A stretch of 64,000 nucleotides of DNA from Ignisphaera sp. (GTDB lineage: Archaea > Thermoproteota > Thermoprotei_A > Sulfolobales > Ignisphaeraceae). A program made the position numbers and the translations under genes. The notes beneath the pieces are model-generated. The model worked only from the letters and a program-made list of their open reading frames with translations, made no database searches and had not been told where the DNA came from. The DNA is taken from assembly GCA_038821645.1 (NCBI GenBank), contig JAWBDT010000005.1, positions 1 to 64,000 on the forward strand, given 5' to 3'. Shown here in pieces: positions 19,346-28,471 of the stretch (the stretch's first letter is position 1; every line of letters begins with the position of its first letter).

Positions 19346-20044
19346 ATGGATAATGATATTAATATACTATTGGTTTCAGCTTCACCAAGAAGATATGGAG
19401 CTGTAGGTTTTGTTGAGAAATTCGTTATTGAGTTAGGAAAAGATGTAGAGAAAATAAATATTAGTGCTATAAATGTTTATGAATACAACATACAGCCATG
19501 TATAGGCTGTGTATCTGATAATGTTAAATTCTGTGTATTTCCATGCATCATAGAGGATGATATGAGGAATCTATACAATACTGTATTGAAAAGTGATGGA
19601 TTTATATTCATAACACCTGTGTATTGGTACAATATTCCTGGACCACTAAAGAACTTCATAGATAGATTAACAGTTTTAGAAAACGCCATATTCATTGAAG
19701 GACGTAGTAAAGTAGAAGGTAAAGTAGCAGGATTCATAGCTGTAGGTAATGACACTGGTGCTTTAGCCGTAATACAGAATCTTATGGCAATAATGAACAG
19801 TTTCGGTATCGCGATACCACCATGGGCTTTAGCTTACCATGAATCAGAAGAAGATCCTGTGAATAATGAGAAATTTATACTTGATGTAGCTAATGTCTTA
19901 AGATGTGTAGTTCTTATGGTGAAACTCTTAAAAGGAAAAATACATCATGTAGACTACTGGTATAGAGCTGACGATGACTACGTCTCTACTACAATAAATA
20001 TAGCTAAGAGAGTCTATAATATGCTTCTAGATGAGATTAATTAA
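19346..20044 (+). CDS. Flavodoxin-family / iron-sulfur flavoprotein (NADPH-dependent FMN reductase fold)
   Basis: 'SASPRRYG', 'PCIGC...C..PC...DDM', 'TPVYWYNIPGPLKNFIDR'. Confidence 0.9.
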   Translation: MDNDINILLVSASPRRYGAVGFVEKFVIELGKDVEKINISAINVYEYNIQPCIGCVSDNVKFCVFPCIIEDDMRNLYNTVLKSDGFIFITPVYWYNIPGPLKNFIDRLTVLENAIFIEGRSKVEGKVAGFIAVGNDTGALAVIQNLMAIMNSFGIAIPPWALAYHESEEDPVNNEKFILDVANVLRCVVLMVKLLKGKIHHVDYWYRADDDYVSTTINIAKRVYNMLLDEIN

Positions 20045-20140
20045 TGGATATAGTTTAGATATCATTAGCTATATGAAGTTAATTATGGAAATGCTCAAGA
20101 AACAATCTCTACAACTAGAGATCTTTACTTAAATTTGGTC

Positions 20141-20461
20141 CTAGGCTCCAGATCTTTTTACTTCTTGTTTAACTACTAGTTTTGCTGGTTTAGTTTTCCT
20201 AGCATTAATTAGATCAGAAATCTGATTTACAATATTTCTAAGGTTTTCAACATTATTTTTGTGGATACTACGTCTTTTTGGATCTATAGGTATGTTGAAT
20301 TGTTTAGCTAGATACGGTGTAAGACCTGCTTCTTTTATTTCACCAATACTATATCCTCTCCCTACTCTAAACATTGTAGCTATTCCCCTATACTTCGTTA
20401 TCTTAGGCATTTTAACCATAGGGGGAGGTATTACAACTACTACTGTATTTTCGTTAGCCAT
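20141..20461 (-). CDS. rpl13e: 50S ribosomal protein L13e
   Basis: 'RVGRGYSIGEIKEAGL', 'IPIDPKRRSIHKNNVENL'. Confidence 0.93.
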   Translation of the reverse strand: MANENTVVVVIPPPMVKMPKITKYRGIATMFRVGRGYSIGEIKEAGLTPYLAKQFNIPIDPKRRSIHKNNVENLRNIVNQISDLINARKTKPAKLVVKQEVKRSGA

Positions 20462-20513
20462 TGTCTACACCATAGATTACCAATGGTTTCTAGCTTATAA
20501 GCTATTCTTAAAC

Positions 20514-21521
20514 CTATTCTTTTATCTTGATAGGTATATCCTGTTCAAATAATTGGTAAGCTTTAGACCAAACTATACGTAAAACAATACCATTAGTTTT
20601 TATATTCATTTGTTTAAGAGTCTCTATATCGATTTCGTAATCTAATTGTTCGTGAGGTTCTAAGGACTTCAATGATGCTCTGTATATAGGAATACCATGT
20701 CTAATTATCACTAACTCTAGTTTATCACTTCTGCTGTTACCTACATTTGTGAGCTTAAGCTTTATTGTAGATTTCTCGATTTTTAGATCATTAACAACTA
20801 TTTTTGGAAACTCTGAATACCTAAAGATAATGCATGAGAATATGTGTCTTAGACCCTCATTATCGCTAGTGATACTGAATGCTGTAATATCGTTTCTATC
20901 CAGTTTCACTTCAACAACATTGTATCCTTTAAACAACTTTATCTTTCTCTCATCACTATATGTAGCTACATTTAGTAAACTATTTGATGGAGATACTACT
21001 CCTATATTCAAAAGAATTTCGTTGGCTTTAAAAGATGGAGCAATATTGAACGAGTTTTGAATGGGATTAGCTAACGTATATGGATCTACTTTACAATAAA
21101 TATGTATGTGAAAACCTTTATAACGTAAAAGCGCTACTAATGTTGCACCATCTAGATATATGTAGCCTTTTGCATTACATGATATCTTTAGCAAAACTTC
21201 ATTACTGTTCACAATTTTCGAAACATCATATACAAAAACTGACTGTACATAGCTGTCATTCATTATTTTCTCTATATGTGGTTTAAATTCTCTAGTTAGG
21301 ATTACATTGTTAAGAGCTATTTTCCACTTCATAACATCGATATTTACCGATCTAGTAATTGATAGAATTAGATAAGCTGCCTCGATTTCGGAAGTAGGTA
21401 GAGTTATTTTCGAGATGATGGATTCTTTATCTTTACTGTTATTGCAAAGTACCTTATCCTCAACAAAATTATGTACATAGTACACAGCATCACTATATTC
21501 TCTTTGAATTACTATTGCCAC
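20514..21521 (-). CDS. Hypothetical protein, beta-rich, with a CARDB/Ig-like C-terminus
   Basis: 335-aa ORF with SD-like GGTG before GTG; 'IKLKLTNVGNSRS...SLEPHE' Ig-like pattern. Confidence 0.6.
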   Translation of the reverse strand: MAIVIQREYSDAVYYVHNFVEDKVLCNNSKDKESIISKITLPTSEIEAAYLILSITRSVNIDVMKWKIALNNVILTREFKPHIEKIMNDSYVQSVFVYDVSKIVNSNEVLLKISCNAKGYIYLDGATLVALLRYKGFHIHIYCKVDPYTLANPIQNSFNIAPSFKANEILLNIGVVSPSNSLLNVATYSDERKIKLFKGYNVVEVKLDRNDITAFSITSDNEGLRHIFSCIIFRYSEFPKIVVNDLKIEKSTIKLKLTNVGNSRSDKLELVIIRHGIPIYRASLKSLEPHEQLDYEIDIETLKQMNIKTNGIVLRIVWSKAYQLFEQDIPIKIKE

Positions 21522-21624
21522 CTATACACACCGCATTAATGCTTTACCAGAAACCTTAGATATTTTTATAGACTTAAAAAATTACCATAGTAATGCTATG
21601 CAAATCGATATAGATAGTTTAGTA

Positions 21625-22602
21625 TCATTTATGCAATATTTTCTTGATATCTTCGACAAGTTCGCAGAACTTGCATATCGATCTATTTGGTGATGTTGGT
21701 TCTCCACAAATTTTACAGGTAGGTAAAGCTATACGTGGTTTCACGAGTATGTTGGCTATTGTGTTGTCCAAGAATTCTAAAAGCTTTAGCTGAACACCTG
21801 GATAAAGCTTCTCTAGCTCAATCAATACATCTCTAACTTTTGTTCTAAGTGTAGGTCTTGTTACTATATAGGGACATTCATATTCTTGAAAAGTATATCC
21901 AAGTAGGTATGCATAATATGCAGATTCATATTCGTATATGCTTCTCAATGGTTTAACTCTCTTAACCAGTTTGTCGCTATGTGTTTCACTTAATGGATGA
22001 AGTTGTGCAAGCCTCATTACATCACCACGTATAATGTTTATAATATATGTCTGAATCTCGTCATCAAGATTATGTCCAGTAACAACTTTGTTTGCTTTTA
22101 GTTCTCTTGCATACATGTTTAAAATTCTTCTCCTAGCTATTCCACAATAAGTACATGCAGATATAGAGTACATATTGTTTTCTTTAGCGTATTCTAGATA
22201 AAACCTCATAAACCTATCAACACTAAAGTCTAGGATTTTCTCCATAGATACATAAATACAGTCTACACCAATATCTGAACAGAATTTTCTTACCGCAATA
22301 TACATATCTTCACGTGTATAGCCAGCTATACCTTCATCTATCATTACACCAATTATGTTGTTAGGGTTAACTATTTCTGAAAGTATATGTAGTACAACAT
22401 AACTATCTTTGCCACCAGAGACTCCTACAACTACCCTATCTCCAGAACTTATCATAGAATAACGTGATATCTGTTCTTTAACTCTATAGCGTATATCGTT
22501 AATGAAGCACTCTTTACACAACCTTCTTCCACTATGTTTCTGAAAGAATGTGGCCTGATTTTTGCCACAGACGCTACATATGACCATATATTGATATCCC
22601 AC
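21625..22602 (-). CDS. ttuA: tRNA 2-thiolation protein, TtuA/Ncs6 family
   Basis: Zinc-finger CxxC at both ends; PP-loop SGGKDS; 'ACTYCGIARR'; 'TGHNLDD'. Confidence 0.92.
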   Translation of the reverse strand: MGYQYMVICSVCGKNQATFFQKHSGRRLCKECFINDIRYRVKEQISRYSMISSGDRVVVGVSGGKDSYVVLHILSEIVNPNNIIGVMIDEGIAGYTREDMYIAVRKFCSDIGVDCIYVSMEKILDFSVDRFMRFYLEYAKENNMYSISACTYCGIARRRILNMYARELKANKVVTGHNLDDEIQTYIINIIRGDVMRLAQLHPLSETHSDKLVKRVKPLRSIYEYESAYYAYLLGYTFQEYECPYIVTRPTLRTKVRDVLIELEKLYPGVQLKLLEFLDNTIANILVKPRIALPTCKICGEPTSPNRSICKFCELVEDIKKILHK

Positions 22603-22642
22603 TTAACCATAATCGATTAATACATGATACTGTTATCTCTAT

Positions 22643-22800
22643 CACTGTGCTTAATCTACTGACCTCCTCCCAGTCCTAAAGGACGAGGATTCTGGGAAGG
22701 CTTGAAGCTACATTCCCGTTCTCGGGGTTCAGCTCCGCGCCTGGTCTCAGGCGCATTACCCCCTACCCCACACATAGCAGGGCTCAGGGATATGGTTTCT
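22643..22800 (-). ncRNA. Stand-alone omegaRNA/reRNA-like transcript of the miniature element (bounds approximate)
   Basis: Internal TATA TTTATAA (22829-22823), then GC-rich hairpins (GCGCCTG-AGAC-CAGGCGC; right-end palindrome) running to the TCAG end and the flanking putative guide. Confidence 0.5.
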
Positions 22801-22842
22801 TGATACCTAAAGAATACAGAGCTTATAAACATTACCACATTA

Positions 22843-22990
22843 TCCCCGCCCTAAAGGGGGTTCAGCTCTGATGTAGGTTTATATCGGTTGATGTCATTGC
22901 TTCATCTCTTTGTTCCCCTGCATTGGTCTTGGGTTTGCATCACCCTTAGGGGCGTTCAGGGGCACCCCTAGACCCCACATCTTGAGTACC
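22843..22990 (-). ncRNA. Predicted omegaRNA of the nested tnpB (overlaps the tnpB 3' end and runs to the right end plus guide)
   Basis: GC-rich structured segment GGGGTCTAGGGGTGCCCCTGAACGCCCCTAAGGG...GCAGGGGAAC directly 3' of tnpB, where TnpB omegaRNAs are encoded. Confidence 0.55.
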
Positions 22991-24086
22991 TTAGAAATAA
23001 GTTTATGCATGCGATTACATCTCTATCTCCTATGAATCCACATCTAGTGCATCGCATTACTCTATTACCGTTGCTCTCGAGTTTGTTTCCACATCTTGGA
23101 CAAGTTGATGATGTCTTTACTGGGTTGACGTATCTAACTGCTAGTCCTCTCTCTAATGCTTCATATACTATGGTGAACTGCATCTTTCTGTAGAACCACA
23201 GGGATAGCTTCTTGTTGAAATTGCTACCTCTATTCACGTTACTCCTGAGATTGCTTAGGTTTTCAAGAACTATGATTGAGCTGTGTTCATTAGCTATCTT
23301 CGCTACTCTATCACCCAGCTTGTGTGCATAGTCCCAAGCAATACTCCTTATTCTTTCTCCATGTCTTTTAATCGCTCTTCTAACTCTTCTGATGAATCTC
23401 CATGACTTTGAGTACTTTCTCTGAATCTTCTCGATCCATATCCTGTGCGTCAGTATCTTTCTGAGTAGTGTCTTGAATCGCTTCAGCTTCAACAACTCTC
23501 CACTAGGTGTAAACACAGCTAGCGTAATATTGTCGAAGTTCATGTCAACAGTCATAACAGTTCTAGTTTCTCTTGGTTCAACTGTTTTCCTGAAGTATAC
23601 TGCTACATAGACCTTGTCTCCAACTACCTTCACAGCTATTTCGTAGTTGCTCCAAGCTCTGAACTTCTCTATCCTGTCAATAGATGTTAGTAGTCTTAGT
23701 TTAACCTCTCTACCGCTATGTATCTTTAGAACAAGCATTCTGTTCTCTAGGTCTAGCTTGTAGTCGTATTTATCTATTCTAGCTGATAGTCTTCTTAGAA
23801 CCGGTTTCTTCCCACCGTTCTGCTTACTGGCTCTAGCAATTGCTTTAGCGTAGACGTAGATCTGCTTCACGTGGTGTGCTCTGAAACCGTGCTTCCTGAG
23901 CTCATTGTAGAACATTCTGTGCAGAGTTTTAATTGAAGGCACTTTGTTTAAACTCCACAGCTTGTTGATAACGAATTGAGTTGCATCACGGTACAACCTC
24001 AGGAACTCAAGTAGAGTAAGATAGTCATCGCTACCCTTGGGGAGAGCTCTCATCTTAAGTGTTTCAACAAGCTCTCCCTCCCTCAT
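22968..24086 (-). CDS. tnpB: TnpB RNA-guided endonuclease with an intact D-E-D triad
   Basis: RuvC-I 'TVDMN', RuvC-II 'VLENL', zinc finger CPRC/CTRC, RuvC-III 'DRDVIACINL'. Confidence 0.93.
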   Translation of the reverse strand: MREGELVETLKMRALPKGSDDYLTLLEFLRLYRDATQFVINKLWSLNKVPSIKTLHRMFYNELRKHGFRAHHVKQIYVYAKAIARASKQNGGKKPVLRRLSARIDKYDYKLDLENRMLVLKIHSGREVKLRLLTSIDRIEKFRAWSNYEIAVKVVGDKVYVAVYFRKTVEPRETRTVMTVDMNFDNITLAVFTPSGELLKLKRFKTLLRKILTHRIWIEKIQRKYSKSWRFIRRVRRAIKRHGERIRSIAWDYAHKLGDRVAKIANEHSSIIVLENLSNLRSNVNRGSNFNKKLSLWFYRKMQFTIVYEALERGLAVRYVNPVKTSSTCPRCGNKLESNGNRVMRCTRCGFIGDRDVIACINLFLRYSRCGV

Positions 24087-24123
24087 CGAGAAGCTCCACC
24101 ACTACTCAGCATAGACATAAGTG

Positions 24124-24130
24124 TTTATAA
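24124..24130. promoter_or_regulatory. Probable bidirectional TATA box for tnpB and the divergent small ORF
   Basis: TTTATAA reads as a TATA box on both strands; 22 nt before ATG 24152 (+, leaderless) and 38 nt before the tnpB ATG (-). Confidence 0.55.
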
Positions 24131-24151
24131 GGCTTTCTATCAGTTTTACTT

Positions 24152-24310
24152 ATGGGTGATAGATTAGCTGACAAGTTCTACTTCGTTAAGTGCAGTGTTA
24201 TAAGGTACAGATACGGTGCACCAGTACTCTACCCACTGGGGAAAGACAAAGAAAAGATCAAGCACCTCCACGGAAAAGAAGTATATGTGCTAATCATAGC
24301 AGAAGAATAA
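24152..24310 (+). CDS. 52-aa transposon-associated small protein (DUF2080/AbrB-like)
   Basis: MGDRLADKFYFVKCSVIRYRYGAPVLYPLGKDKEKIKHLHGKEVYVLIIAEE; C-terminal 'GKEVYVLII' resembles DUF2080; lies inside the nested element; absent from the ORF track. Confidence 0.65.
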   Translation: MGDRLADKFYFVKCSVIRYRYGAPVLYPLGKDKEKIKHLHGKEVYVLIIAEE

Positions 24311-24612
24311 AATCACCCAATACAAACCTATAAGAAACCCGAAACAGTTGCGCGAGGCTTTCGGGATTGTAAAGCTTATGATTTTGTGTATAGATATGTA
24401 TACCAATGATCATGAATTAGAATGTTTCTTAATAGCCATAGAATGTATTATGACAGGAGGTATATCTGAAGTGTTTATATTTACAGATAATGCTAGAGTA
24501 CTATTTAAGTATTACTCTACAAATTGAGTTTCACGATAGGATGTATCTATATTAATATATATATTATAGGGATATGTATGAAGTGAATAGTAATGTGTAG
24601 GTATCAATAGTT

Positions 24613-25296
24613 ATGACGATAAAGCCTATAGATATGGTTATTCTTGATGCTTATCAAAGATATGGCCAGAAACTCTACATAGTTCTGTCTACAGCAATAA
24701 AAATAACAAAAATGAATAGATTGAAGGGAACTAACACTCTTGGCGACTTTGAGTATAGATCTCTCGTAGAAGAACTTGAAAAAGCTAACTTTAGCTATAA
24801 CCCTTCTATGATGTTAAGAGCTCTAGAAAAAGAATATGGAATTATAGAGACAACATACAAATCAGGTAATCAGCGATGGTATCGATTTAAAGATTTAGAA
24901 GAAATAGAAAGAGCATTAAACTCGGTTGCTGGAATAGTTGCAGATGTTGATGAACCTGAGGTAGTGATGCTTAAGATACAGATGAAGAGTCTCCAGTTAG
25001 GTTACTGGCTTAAAAAACTAAAACACATGAGTATAAAGCAGAACATTAGTACAACTGATGTAGAGATGTTTAGGCGATTCGCATTTGATGTTTTACCAAA
25101 GCTTGTACATATATTGAAGAAAGCAGAAGAATATGAAGATCAACTCTATGTTGAAATAAATATGTTGAAAGAGATCTTAGGATTAGCCACTATTGTAGCA
25201 GATAGAGTTGATCTAAGTAAAACCATAAATGATACAGGAGTTGGTATCAAATTAAGAACAGAATATGCAGATATAACAGAATATTCACATACTTAG
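24613..25296 (+). CDS. Hypothetical protein with a probable winged-helix N-terminal domain
   Basis: 'LGDFEYRSLV...YNPSMMLRALEKEYGIIETTYKSGNQRWYRF' helix-helix-wing pattern, then a helical C-terminus. Confidence 0.65.
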   Translation: MTIKPIDMVILDAYQRYGQKLYIVLSTAIKITKMNRLKGTNTLGDFEYRSLVEELEKANFSYNPSMMLRALEKEYGIIETTYKSGNQRWYRFKDLEEIERALNSVAGIVADVDEPEVVMLKIQMKSLQLGYWLKKLKHMSIKQNISTTDVEMFRRFAFDVLPKLVHILKKAEEYEDQLYVEINMLKEILGLATIVADRVDLSKTINDTGVGIKLRTEYADITEYSHT

Positions 25297-25358
25297 TCTA
25301 GAAACTTATCAGCTAAACAATACTTATGATATGATTACGGTACAATAGATATTGATTG

Positions 25359-25859
25359 TTATACGTCATCATAATCATCTTTAATATGAATAGAAGATCT
25401 AGAAATGTATACATCTAGACCTATATTTATCCTCTTTCTAAGATACTCTATAAGGTCTTCTGCATTCTTTATTATCTCTTTATCTATTCTTATTTTCTCA
25501 CTAGATACTTCTACAGTATTGTTCATGATGATATCAAGAGGTATTATTTTCCATGAACGTAATTCTGCTACCTTTACAGCAATAACTGCTTCACCTTCAG
25601 CTCGTCTAGCAAATTCTTTTAGTTTTTCAATTTGTGTTCTATCTATATAGATGTGATCTAGTTTAGATCTCTTCTTAACTTCTATCACAAAGATGTGTCT
25701 ATTTTTAATGGCTACAACATCTGGATATACACTTCTCCTGATTTTAGCACCACTAGCCGGACCTCTTACAACAGCAAAACCTAATTTCCACAGCTTCCTT
25801 ACGAGCTCTCTTTCAGCACTTATTCCACGTTGTCGCCTCTTTGGAAGATTCTCTTGCAA
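25359..25859 (-). CDS. hjc: Holliday junction resolvase Hjc
   Basis: 'G..AERELV..L...GFAVVRGPASG', 'PDVVA', 'IEVK'. Confidence 0.95.
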   Translation of the reverse strand: MQENLPKRRQRGISAERELVRKLWKLGFAVVRGPASGAKIRRSVYPDVVAIKNRHIFVIEVKKRSKLDHIYIDRTQIEKLKEFARRAEGEAVIAVKVAELRSWKIIPLDIIMNNTVEVSSEKIRIDKEIIKNAEDLIEYLRKRINIGLDVYISRSSIHIKDDYDDV

Positions 25860-25880
25860 TATACCATCACTATAACGATT

Positions 25881-27431
25881 TTATGGTATTCTGATTTCGA
25901 TTTCGTAACCCATTTTACTTAACCTCTTTTTAATCCGTTTGATGGATTTTAGTACAGTTTCTGTATATAGTGACTTAGGTATGTTTAAGATTACGACTTT
26001 GTTGTTCACCTCTATATCTGCATAGGGAATATATTTCTTCACAAGTTCAACAACATGTTGGGATTTCTGTTCTTTCAAAACCTTTTTAACTGGTACAACG
26101 ACTGTTTGTTCACCAAATACGTATATCTCATACTCAAGTTCTCCTGATAGAAAGTCTTTAACCTCTACTACTGGTCTAGCTAAATCAGCTTCACGTAAAC
26201 CTGTGGGAAGCTTTACAGTAAGCTCAACTTCGTATATTTTAGATGCTGAACCTTTCTCTATAAATATAACAGTATCTATAACACTAGGTATCATACCTAT
26301 GTCAACTCTACCTATAAACCTTTGTATAGCATCTATCGGAGATGTTGCATGCACTACTCCTATCATACCTATGCCTGCTAATCTTAAATCAACATATATC
26401 TTAAAGTCTTCATCATCTCTCATTTCATCAAATACTGTATAGTCAGGTCTACTAAGGAGAAGAATGTCATGAAGTTCTCTTGATGATGCATAGAATTTCG
26501 AGTATTGAGACACAATTGGTGGTAGCTTCATATCTCTTGGAGACTCTATTGTTTTCACGATTTTTCCTTTACGGCTATAGTATTCTGCTAATGCTTGAGC
26601 AAATGTGGTCTTACCCATACCTGGTGCTCCTGCTATTAAGATACCTTCTGCTCTCTCATCTAATCTCTTCATAACCTTAGGCGGTAGGTTATAATCTTCT
26701 AGCTTTAGCTTAACTATCGGTTTTGTTATCGTTATCTCATACCCTGTACCTATAGGTGGTGTAACAATAATTATTCTATAGTCTTTGAGCTGTAACAGCA
26801 TTACTCCTTTACTCTCTATCTCTATAAATCCTTCACCAGCTTTTGCCCGTCTAACTATCTCTTCAATTAACAACTCGACAATATCTCTGGATTGAGGTCT
26901 TTCGACTACTACAGCTAGAATCCATTCGCCAGGACGCCCCTTCTTTGCTAGAATCGGAGATCCTTCTTTTATGTGGAGGCTTAGAGTATTGTGATCAAAA
27001 TATTTCTCGAACCAGAGTTCTTCGTCAATTGATCGTTGAAGCAAAACAACATCTATACCCATTATTTCACATAATGTTTTCTGCATTTCATTATGTGTTA
27101 GAATCTTTGCACCAATCTTCTTAGCTAATTCTCTAGCTAATTGATCTAATTGAGAAATATCATTTATGGCGTCTAAACGATATCCGGAATCCATAAACGA
27201 TATCTCTATATCGTTCTCATTTCTAGCTATGTTTATAGCATTATACACCTCTTGTATACAGAGTAATCCTAAAGCACTTCCTTGTAGAGCTTTACTCTCG
27301 AAATAATTTATGAACTCTCTAGGTATGATTATCTTACCCTTTATTTGTTTTTCCTTCACGATTCTAGATAAGCTTCTCTCTATTATCACAGTAGTATCAG
27401 GTACGTAGAGGTCTTCAAATGCTATCTTCAT
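25881..27431 (-). CDS. PIN-domain ATPase PINA (PIN + P-loop ATPase + KH-like tail)
   Basis: 'VPDTTVII', GAPGMGKTT, 'TIESPRD', 'RPDYTVFDEMR', 'DLRLAGIGMIGVVHAT'; adjacent to hjc. Confidence 0.92.
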   Translation of the reverse strand: MKIAFEDLYVPDTTVIIERSLSRIVKEKQIKGKIIIPREFINYFESKALQGSALGLLCIQEVYNAINIARNENDIEISFMDSGYRLDAINDISQLDQLARELAKKIGAKILTHNEMQKTLCEIMGIDVVLLQRSIDEELWFEKYFDHNTLSLHIKEGSPILAKKGRPGEWILAVVVERPQSRDIVELLIEEIVRRAKAGEGFIEIESKGVMLLQLKDYRIIIVTPPIGTGYEITITKPIVKLKLEDYNLPPKVMKRLDERAEGILIAGAPGMGKTTFAQALAEYYSRKGKIVKTIESPRDMKLPPIVSQYSKFYASSRELHDILLLSRPDYTVFDEMRDDEDFKIYVDLRLAGIGMIGVVHATSPIDAIQRFIGRVDIGMIPSVIDTVIFIEKGSASKIYEVELTVKLPTGLREADLARPVVEVKDFLSGELEYEIYVFGEQTVVVPVKKVLKEQKSQHVVELVKKYIPYADIEVNNKVVILNIPKSLYTETVLKSIKRIKKRLSKMGYEIEIRIP

Positions 27432-27659
27432 TTGAATACCCTATTCTTAGCTATGTAGTGGATATGTTGAGTAACTTAAAAATAGATTAGAAACAATTAA
27501 TTATGTATAAGTCTATAAATCATAACATAACCTCGTAATGGGGTTAAAATAAGTATAGATCCATATCTAATGTAAAAGATATAGACAACAATATGAGATC
27601 TCCGGTCTTCTCAGTAATAATTAGAAAGTCAAATGATTCATTAAAAGAAATAAAATGCT

Positions 27660-28352
27660 TTACCTATTAATTGAATATGATCTGTAAGCTGCTTCAGCCA
27701 TATCTCTTATAACTTTTGCAGGGTCTTTAGCTTTCATTATAGCTGATGCTACTAGAACACCTGCTGTTCCAAGTTTTATAGCAGCTTCTACATCTTCTGC
27801 TGAAGATATTCCTGCACCTGTAAGTATTATTACCTCTTTATTTACTTCTCTAACCTTTTCTACAGTATTTGTAACTATTTCTGGTTTAGCTTTAGAGACA
27901 GCTATACCTGTTCCTATAAGTTCCGGAGGTTCTACAGCTAGTGCTGTGGGTTTTAATGTAGCTATAGCTGCAGCCGCTATAGGTGTATCTGCACATACTA
28001 GTGTCTCAAGGTTATATTTTTTCGCGTTTTCAACTATTGCAACAATTTCATCAAGCCTAAGCCTATGTTCACTATGATTGACTAATACACCTCTAACCCC
28101 TATATCCTTAAGAGCTGATACAGGAAGCCAGCCAGTATATGCACCAAAATCGTATGGATCAGCATGTTGAGCATATACAGGAATAGAAACTTCTTTAATC
28201 ATGCTCCTTAATTCTGTAGCTGGAGGTATAACTATAACCTCTATATCAAATTCTCTTGCTACTTTTTCAGCATGCTTAGCTATATCTATTGCTTTAGACC
28301 CAAAAGACGTATTATATGCTTTATAGTTTATTGCTAATACGGGAACCTTCAT
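27660..28352 (-). CDS. tpiA: Triosephosphate isomerase
   Basis: 'INYKAY', 'NHSEHR', 'AVEPPELIGTG', 'GAGIS'. Confidence 0.97.
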   Translation of the reverse strand: MKVPVLAINYKAYNTSFGSKAIDIAKHAEKVAREFDIEVIVIPPATELRSMIKEVSIPVYAQHADPYDFGAYTGWLPVSALKDIGVRGVLVNHSEHRLRLDEIVAIVENAKKYNLETLVCADTPIAAAAIATLKPTALAVEPPELIGTGIAVSKAKPEIVTNTVEKVREVNKEVIILTGAGISSAEDVEAAIKLGTAGVLVASAIMKAKDPAKVIRDMAEAAYRSYSINR

Positions 28353-28471
28353 ACATCATTACCTCACATAAGAGGATCTCACATATATACATTGCTATAT
28401 ATACGTAATATATATGTGTAAATTAAGGTGGGTTTATTAATTAAGTTCATGAAACGTAAAAAAGAGATTCA

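Larger units (their letters stand above)
22858..24351 (-). mobile_element. tnpA-less tnpB element (IS607-like ends) nested in the miniature element hairpin
   Basis: Removing 22858-24351 restores CCCCGCCCTAAAGGGCGAGGCTTTC with no target duplication; imperfect inverted subterminal motifs ATATAAACCTA (minus strand, about 22874-22884) and ATACAAACCTA (plus strand, 24320-24330). Confidence 0.8.
22659..24368 (-). mobile_element. Non-autonomous IS200/IS605-type miniature element (PATE-like, about 215 bp), split by a 1.5-kb insertion in its left-end hairpin
   Basis: Minus strand: target TTAC (24369-24372), left end AATCCCGAAAGCCTCGC | CCTTTAGGGCGGGGAT (halves at 24352-24368 and 22842-22857), right end CCTCGTCCTTTAGGACTGGGAGGAGGTCAG ending at 22659. 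Confidence 0.8.

Noticed and set aside
22656-22838. 60-aa ORF ending QNPRPLGLGGGQ
   Set aside because: It is a reading of the miniature element's RNA module and palindromic end, and starts upstream of the element's own TATA box
25359-27431. PINA next to hjc
   Set aside because: Known functional and genomic association in archaea
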